A DNA stretch of 64,000 bases, from positions 1 through 64,000 of IMG/VR virus record IMGVR_UViG_3300033463_006479; one strand, written 5' to 3'. Under the pieces are notes generated by a model that was not told where the DNA came from, searched no databases, and was given only the letters and a program-made list of their open reading frames with translations. This document shows, in pieces, positions 58,566 to 64,000 of this stretch (positions within the stretch are counted from its first letter, which is position 1; the number at the start of each line of letters is the position of its first letter). The stretch is from a virus. Lineage: Duplodnaviria > Caudoviricetes. A program made the translations under genes and the position numbers.

Positions 58566-59585
58566 ATGCAAATACTGAAAACCGAACAATATATAGACGA
58601 GAAACTGGTAGTTAAACCATTAACAAAGGATAGGCTTGTCAAATTTAAAGAAGAGCCTTCTGTTGATGAAAACGCAAGGCAATTCATAGAAAAAAACAAC
58701 TTGGTTTGGAATCCCAAAACAATGAGTTATGACTGTGATGGCGATGTTAGCGTATCAGAAGATATAGTCATTGACGGAAAATTGAAAATAAGATTCGGAA
58801 AAGTTAGTGGATGTTTTGATTGCAGTTATAACAAACTGATATCGCTTGAAGGAGCACCGAAGAAAGTGGGCGGGGATTTTAGTTGCAGTCATAATAAACT
58901 GACCACCCTTGAAGGAGCACCGCAGAATGTGGGCGGGAAATTTAATTGCATTCATAATAAACTGACTACCCTTGAAGGAGCTCCGAATGTGGTTGGTAAC
59001 AGTTTTTATTGCAGCAAAAATGAACTGACCACCCTTGAAGGAGCACCGCAGAAAGTGGGCAGGGATTTTAATTGTAGTGATAATAATCTAACCACACTTG
59101 AGGGCGCACCACAAGAAGTTGGAGGTAAATTTGATTGCGATAACAATATACTGACATCACTTGAAGGCGCACCGAAGAAAGTCGGCTGGGATTTTTATTG
59201 CAGTGTTAACAAGCTAACCTCACTTAAAGGTGCGCCGAATGAAGTGGGCGGGGATTTTTATTGCTATTATAATAAACTGACCTCGCTTGAAGGTGCGCCA
59301 CAAAAGGTTGGTAAAACTTTTGATTGCAGTGACAATAAACTAACAACACTTGAAGGAGCACCGAGTGTTGTTGGCAGAGGTTTTTGTTGCAACAAAAATA
59401 ATCTGACTACCCTTGAAGGAGCACCGCAGAAAGTTGGTGAGGATTTTATTTGCTTTCACAATCAACTTACCACCATTGAAATAGCACCGCAGGAAGTCGG
59501 AGGCGATTTTTTTTGCAGCAATAACCCAACCCTTGTTTTACCAAAAAGAAAACCGAGCTGGCTGAAAGGAAATATAATACGTTAA
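58566..59585 (+). CDS. Tagged 21-aa LRR protein
   Basis: Tag plus LRR repeats. Confidence 0.85.
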   Translation: MQILKTEQYIDEKLVVKPLTKDRLVKFKEEPSVDENARQFIEKNNLVWNPKTMSYDCDGDVSVSEDIVIDGKLKIRFGKVSGCFDCSYNKLISLEGAPKKVGGDFSCSHNKLTTLEGAPQNVGGKFNCIHNKLTTLEGAPNVVGNSFYCSKNELTTLEGAPQKVGRDFNCSDNNLTTLEGAPQEVGGKFDCDNNILTSLEGAPKKVGWDFYCSVNKLTSLKGAPNEVGGDFYCYYNKLTSLEGAPQKVGKTFDCSDNKLTTLEGAPSVVGRGFCCNKNNLTTLEGAPQKVGEDFICFHNQLTTIEIAPQEVGGDFFCSNNPTLVLPKRKPSWLKGNIIR

Positions 59586-59588
59586 ACT

Positions 59589-60101
59589 ATGAAAATACTG
59601 GATTCAAACGAATACATAAACGAGAAACTGAACATACAGCCAGTTACAAAGGATAGGCTTTCCGATTATAAAAAGCCATCTGTTGATAAGGAAACAATAC
59701 GATTTATAGAAGAGAAAAATCTTATATGGAATCCATTATCAAAATGTTATGATTGCGGAGGTAATGTTAGAGTATTAGATGATATGGTCATTGACGGAAA
59801 ACTCAAAATAAAATTCGGGAAAGTCGGTGGTGGTTTTGATTGCAGTAACAATAAACTGACCACACTTGAAGGCGCACCGCAGGAAGTGCGTGGAGGTTTT
59901 TATTGTAATAACAATAATCTGACCTCGCTTGAATGTGCACCACAAAAAGTTGGTGGAAATTTTAATTGCAGTTCTAATAATCTAACCTCGCTTGAATGCG
60001 CACCACAGAAAGTTGGTGGTGATTTTTATTGCAGACATAATCCAAACCTTGTTTTACCAGAAGGAAAACCGAGCTGGCTGAAAGGAGAAATATATGACTA
60101 A
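59589..60101 (+). CDS. Tagged 21-aa LRR protein
   Basis: Tag plus LRR repeats. Confidence 0.85.
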   Translation: MKILDSNEYINEKLNIQPVTKDRLSDYKKPSVDKETIRFIEEKNLIWNPLSKCYDCGGNVRVLDDMVIDGKLKIKFGKVGGGFDCSNNKLTTLEGAPQEVRGGFYCNNNNLTSLECAPQKVGGNFNCSSNNLTSLECAPQKVGGDFYCRHNPNLVLPEGKPSWLKGEIYD

Positions 60102-60104
60102 TTT

Positions 60105-60605
60105 ATGAGAATACTGGATTCAAAAGAATACATAAGCGAGAAACTGGATATTAAACCTATAACAAAGAAAAGATTGAAAAGCGGTATGTTCGATTGGAAA
60201 AATAAATTGAAAACTGGAGATGCCGTTATCATTAAACTTGTGTCGGATTCAAAAAAAGAATATACAGTTGAGTTTTTTTATGTATCTGAAGAAGATTACA
60301 ACCAATACAAATCAATCTTTAACTTTGATATGGCCAGCATAGAAACCGATAAATTGAAAAACGGTATGTTCATAAGGTGGCGTTGGGGTGATAAAAAATA
60401 TGAATTTAGTATGGTAAGCCAGTATGGTGACATTAATGCAATGCGAACAACAAGTGCTGGCAATTATGAGTATGTATGCCGCATATACCGCAACGAGAAA
60501 TTTGAATATCCGCTAACTGGAAAATATTTCAAAGACAACCAAAATCTTGTTTTTGCGTTGTCTTACGGCTGGTCACTTGTTTATGATTCTGTTTTAAATC
60601 ACTAA
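60105..60605 (+). CDS. Tagged TGD-domain protein
   Basis: YISEKLDIKPITKKRL, LKTGDAV, YVSEEDY and IYR. Confidence 0.75.
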   Translation: MRILDSKEYISEKLDIKPITKKRLKSGMFDWKNKLKTGDAVIIKLVSDSKKEYTVEFFYVSEEDYNQYKSIFNFDMASIETDKLKNGMFIRWRWGDKKYEFSMVSQYGDINAMRTTSAGNYEYVCRIYRNEKFEYPLTGKYFKDNQNLVFALSYGWSLVYDSVLNH

Positions 60606-60613
60606 ATTGTTAT

Positions 60614-61105
60614 ATGGAACGGAAAGTATATGTTTTCAGCAAACGTCTTTTTGACAAGTGTATGACGGAAAATAATGTGCCGCACGCATTTCCAGCAAAG
60701 TCTATGGCTATGACAAATCCGATTGCATATATATCAATAAGCGAGCCAGACGAAAAATCGCACTGGTTTTGGTATAGCCAGCCAACTGTGCTTAACATTG
60801 ACTTTTGGGATGTGAACGGATATGATGTTGAAGGAATAAAAGGGCTTACAGATGAGCAGGCCAAAACGATATACGAGTTTATAGATTATGCTATTGAATA
60901 CTGCCCGTTTATGACTTTCTATGTGCATTGTCGGGCTGGTGCTTCACGCTCGCAGGCCGTTGCTGAATTTTTGCGTGACTGCTACGGCTATGAGATTGAA
61001 CGTGTTGCTGACGGCAAAGGATTTGCAAACCAGCACGTCCTACAACTTTTGAAACGAATGTATAGCGAAAACCATAAGGACAAATATCGGCCAGATAACC
61101 GATAA
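60614..61105 (+). CDS. Cys-dependent (PTP/dual-specificity) phosphatase
   Basis: HCRAGASRS (CX5R) active-site motif and FWD loop. Confidence 0.85.
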   Translation: MERKVYVFSKRLFDKCMTENNVPHAFPAKSMAMTNPIAYISISEPDEKSHWFWYSQPTVLNIDFWDVNGYDVEGIKGLTDEQAKTIYEFIDYAIEYCPFMTFYVHCRAGASRSQAVAEFLRDCYGYEIERVADGKGFANQHVLQLLKRMYSENHKDKYRPDNR

Positions 61106-61174
61106 ATTGTGTTTATCGGCTGAATGACCGATAAATGCGATGTATAAATAATATAGAAAATATAATTTGAAGAT

Positions 61175-61606
61175 ATGGCACGAATTAAAAGAATTGACGA
61201 GATGTCAAACAATAAGAAATACACACTCCGTGGGCTTGTTCTCGGAACAGAGCTTGACGGCAAATATATGATGACTGATGACGGACTTAAAGCTGTTTAT
61301 CACGCATTGTATAATGGTGAAGATGTAGATGGCGCAATTGAATTTGCCGAATATGCCGCTGAACGCATAAACAAAAGTGAGTTTGAAGCATACATCAGTG
61401 AATGCATAAAACCATTTATATATGATAAATTAAGCGATGACGCTTCATATAAAAAAATACTTGATACAATCTATGATGGTGATTATTTGAATTATTTGTC
61501 ACCAAGTGTTAGTGCATTTGAAGAATTTGATAACGGTAATTATACACAGTGGGCATACGAGGTTGCAAATTTGATTGGTCTTGGAAAATACTACGAAGAA
61601 AATTAA
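61175..61606 (+). CDS. Acidic protein with MARIKRIDE leader
   Basis: TATAAATA at 61143-61150. Leader resembles that of 7813-8181. Confidence 0.65.
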   Translation: MARIKRIDEMSNNKKYTLRGLVLGTELDGKYMMTDDGLKAVYHALYNGEDVDGAIEFAEYAAERINKSEFEAYISECIKPFIYDKLSDDASYKKILDTIYDGDYLNYLSPSVSAFEEFDNGNYTQWAYEVANLIGLGKYYEEN

Positions 61607-61631
61607 CGGGCAATATACTTATTCCGAAACA

Positions 61632-61661
61632 AAAAATGGCGGACTTGAATCCGCCATTTTT
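61632..61661. terminator. Bidirectional intrinsic terminator
   Basis: aaaaatggcgga-cttgaa-tccgccattttt. Confidence 0.85.
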
Positions 61662-61679
61662 CATATATTGTTGTTTGTG

Positions 61680-62006
61680 CTATTTCTTGAAAACATAATC
61701 AAGCATTTCTTTGCAAAAGTCATTCAGTACATTAAATACAGATGAAACAAATTTGACGGCAAATTTTTCAAAATCTCCGTGAATCAATTTTGAGTAATTT
61801 ACTTGAAAATAATCCATACCACCTTCATCGTTTTCAAGTTCACATTTAATTGGCATAAAGCCGAAATATTTTTTTGCGTTTTTTCTTGTAAAATCTGAAA
61901 GCAATGTAAGAAACGTATTTTCTATACGGAGCAACCTTTCGGTATTGGTGCTGATTACAATTCCGTATTCAAAAAATCTTTTTACTTCATTTTCTGTTAT
62001 TTCATC
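61680..62006 (-). pseudogene. 3' part of a short-tag gene interrupted by a TnpB element
   Basis: DEITENEVKRFF... joins in frame to MTIQPITKGRLTNIKNNKL (63378-63322) when 62007-63321 is removed. Confidence 0.65.
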
Positions 62007-63321
62007 GGAATTATCCCTTTTAGTCTTGTTAAACTTCAAGTTCAATAGTCGCTTCGTTGCTGTCCGTTTGTTCACCAGTTTTCTTGGGTTTTGCAAACGG
62101 TTGATACACAGCTCCACGACTGTACTCGACATTCCTTGCCGAGATATGTCTCTGCCATTCATCTGGCTCGTATGATTCATTATTCTTCGCTGCGTTGATG
62201 TCTCTGTCGTGATGAGCACCGCAGTTCGGGCAAGTCCAATATCTTACACCCAGATTTTTGACTTTCTTGTTTATGTAACCGCACTCGCTGCACATTTGGC
62301 TTGATGGATAATATCTGTCGACTTTCATCATAGTTTTGCCGTTCCATCTGCATTTGTATTCGAGTGTCTGGACAAACTGATGCCAGTTACATTCGGAGAT
62401 GGACTCTGCCAACTTATGATTCTTCATCATTCCTTTAATGTTGAGGTCTTCAACTTTTATCAAATCATAAGTTTTGACAAGTTCTGTGGTTATCTTGTGT
62501 ATGTAATCGGTTTTGATGTCCGTGATTTTCTGGTAGATTCGGTTGCATTTCAACACTTGGTTTTCGTATCTCTTGCTTCCGTGTATCTTTCTTGCCAGAC
62601 ATCTTTGATATTTCTTTAACTTTCTTTTATAATATCTAATTATACTACGTTTACTTGCGTATTTGAATCCCTTGCTTGTTATAATCAACTCCTTTATTCC
62701 GAGGTCAAGACCCACACGCTCATAGGTTTTACTGCTTGGCGTATAATCTTGCTTGACTGTTATCGCTATATAATATCTGCCAGCCTTGTTTTTTGAAATT
62801 GTGGCAAAGCAAATCTTGCCAGTGATTTCTTTGGAGACCACAATGTCTATTCCGCTTTTGAGTTTCGGAATATAAAGTTTATTATCCTTGATTCGGAACG
62901 TGTTTGGCTGTGAAATCCTAAACGACTGTTTGTTCTTTCTGTTCTTGAACTTCGGGTATTTGCTTCTGCGCTTGTAGAAATTGTCATACGCAGTGTGCAT
63001 ATTCCTCAAACTGCATTGCAAAGACTGCAAAGGAATATCATTCAAGAATTCGAATCCTTCAGTCTTGCGGAGTTTGGTCAGTTTAGATTGTTGAATGTTG
63101 TATGAATCGCTTGTCTTTGTTTCTTCGTATTGTTGTTTCTTCTCATTAAGGAAATGGTTGTACACAAGCCTGCAACACCCGAACACATTAGCAAGATAAA
63201 CTTGCTGCTCTCTGTTCGGATATATCCTAAACTTATATGTGTAAACTCTTTCCATCTAATTGAAATACTATACTCTATTTATACCAATTACATTCTTACA
63301 AGACTAAATGGGATAATTCCG
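62006..63321 (-). mobile_element. TnpB-only element, type 1, second copy
   Basis: Inverted repeats CGGAATTATCCCTTTTAGTCTTGT / ACAAGACTAAATGGGATAATTCCG. Internal TATAAATA at 63276-63283. Confidence 0.85.
62029..63255 (-). CDS. tnpB: RNA-guided endonuclease TnpB
   Basis: Close paralog of 11005-12240 with the RuvC D-E-D triad intact. Confidence 0.95.
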   Translation of the reverse strand: MERVYTYKFRIYPNREQQVYLANVFGCCRLVYNHFLNEKKQQYEETKTSDSYNIQQSKLTKLRKTEGFEFLNDIPLQSLQCSLRNMHTAYDNFYKRRSKYPKFKNRKNKQSFRISQPNTFRIKDNKLYIPKLKSGIDIVVSKEITGKICFATISKNKAGRYYIAITVKQDYTPSSKTYERVGLDLGIKELIITSKGFKYASKRSIIRYYKRKLKKYQRCLARKIHGSKRYENQVLKCNRIYQKITDIKTDYIHKITTELVKTYDLIKVEDLNIKGMMKNHKLAESISECNWHQFVQTLEYKCRWNGKTMMKVDRYYPSSQMCSECGYINKKVKNLGVRYWTCPNCGAHHDRDINAAKNNESYEPDEWQRHISARNVEYSRGAVYQPFAKPKKTGEQTDSNEATIELEV

Positions 63322-63374
63322 TAATTTATTATTTTTAATGTTTGTCAATCTTCCTTTTGTTATTGGTTGGATTG

Positions 63375-63749
63375 TCATTTTTCACTAACGCATAAAGATT
63401 CGTTGAATATCTCATCTTCAATAAGCAAGTCATCATATCCTTGGTCTTCAAGTTCTTTGAGCAAATCAGCATATTGTTCCTTTGTAGCTGGGATTGTATC
63501 CTCTTGAACCCAGTCCCACCCGCAGGAACTATGCTGGCCAATATGTGAATAACACATAATAGTACCGTCATTGTTTTCTATATACGGAAACACAGCCACA
63601 ACCTCATCGTTATCTTCGTCATAGCGGAATGTAACAATGGTTTTACCAACAGTTTCCTTGTATTTGGCAAGTCTTGTTTTGGTGACGGGCTTTATGGACA
63701 ACCCTTCATCAAGTTTGTTGTATTCGTTGGATTTAAGAATTTTTGTCAT
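63375..63749 (-). CDS. Tagged protein, unknown acidic domain
   Basis: MTKILKSNEYNKLDEGLSIKPVTKTRL. TATAAATA at 63779-63786. Confidence 0.7.
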   Translation of the reverse strand: MTKILKSNEYNKLDEGLSIKPVTKTRLAKYKETVGKTIVTFRYDEDNDEVVAVFPYIENNDGTIMCYSHIGQHSSCGWDWVQEDTIPATKEQYADLLKELEDQGYDDLLIEDEIFNESLCVSEK

Positions 63750-63789
63750 ATCTGATATGATTCATTATAATGCCATTATATTTATAAAA

Positions 63790-63817
63790 GAAAAGCACCA
63801 GAACTCTGGTGCTTTTC
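63790..63817 (-). terminator. Intrinsic terminator
   Basis: gaaaagcaccaga-ac-tctggtgcttttc. Confidence 0.75.
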
Positions 63818-64000
63818 TATCAGATATGAGGCATACTTATATTCGGCATTTTCGGCATTTTCATACTGCTCTGTGCTTGTTTCATCATATTGCTTCCCAT
63901 CTTCGCTGGGTCGCTCATACCAGATGAAGCCTGCTGCTTGTCCTGCTCTTCCTTTCTCTCTTTCAGTATCTTCTCGTATTCCTCCAAGGAAATCTCGTAT

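Noticed and set aside
9088-58955. Numerous antisense ORFs over DUF285 and LRR genes (e.g. 18506-19084, 24786-25445, 52843-53610)
   Set aside because: They are shadows of stop-poor repetitive codons on the opposite strand, with no independent start context or promoter.
49825-60101. 63-nt periodic repeats as a CRISPR array
   Set aside because: The repeats are in-frame protein-coding units with synonymous variation. There is no repeat-spacer structure and no cas gene.
8871-60605. The shared tag as a Sec or lipoprotein signal peptide
   Set aside because: It has no hydrophobic h-region and no lipobox cysteine. It is charged and recurs internally.
61680-62219. 179-aa ORF as a real gene
   Set aside because: Its first ~70 codons are an alternative frame of the tnpB 3' end (the same peptide appears at 10965-11204). 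Only the part outside the element is genuine.
63790-64000. Partial minus-strand ORF resembling a baseplate-hub or tail assembly chaperone C-terminus
   Set aside because: It is truncated by the window edge, so there is too little sequence to call.
1-64000. tRNA/rRNA genes or a DGR reverse transcriptase
   Set aside because: None is recognisable by eye, and the intergenic gaps are mostly too short.

Overview
This window is a 64-kb segment of a large T4-like (myovirus-type) phage. It has a gp23-like major capsid gene, a gp61-like primase, a gp53-like baseplate gene and many TATAAATA late promoters. The host is probably a Bacteroidota bacterium (TAnnTTTG promoters, no Shine-Dalgarno motifs). Bases 1-7.8 kb hold early and replication genes: a serine recombinase, a DNA methyltransferase, an RlaP-like nucleotidyltransferase with a kinase-HD protein, and the primase. 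Most of the remainder is two divergent arrays flanking the capsid locus. By my count they contain 51 genes sharing one N-terminal tag, M(K/R/E)IL(K/D)(S/T)xxY(I)(N/S)E-KLxIxPxTKxRL (47 full tags, 4 truncated). The tag is fused to interchangeable payloads: 21-aa LRR solenoids (24 genes), DUF285/PARCEL repeats (15 genes), an unnamed 'TGD' domain, an unnamed 'CPxT..ET' domain and a FISUMP domain. The tag also recurs internally at domain boundaries. Its I-x-E motif matches T4-type prohead-protease sites and the N-terminus of this phage's own capsid protein. My main hypothesis, which is inference and not demonstrated, is a capsid-targeted, protease-matured and diversified library of binder or effector proteins packaged in the head. 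Three TnpB-only elements bounded by inverted repeats and one element remnant all interrupt members of this family.
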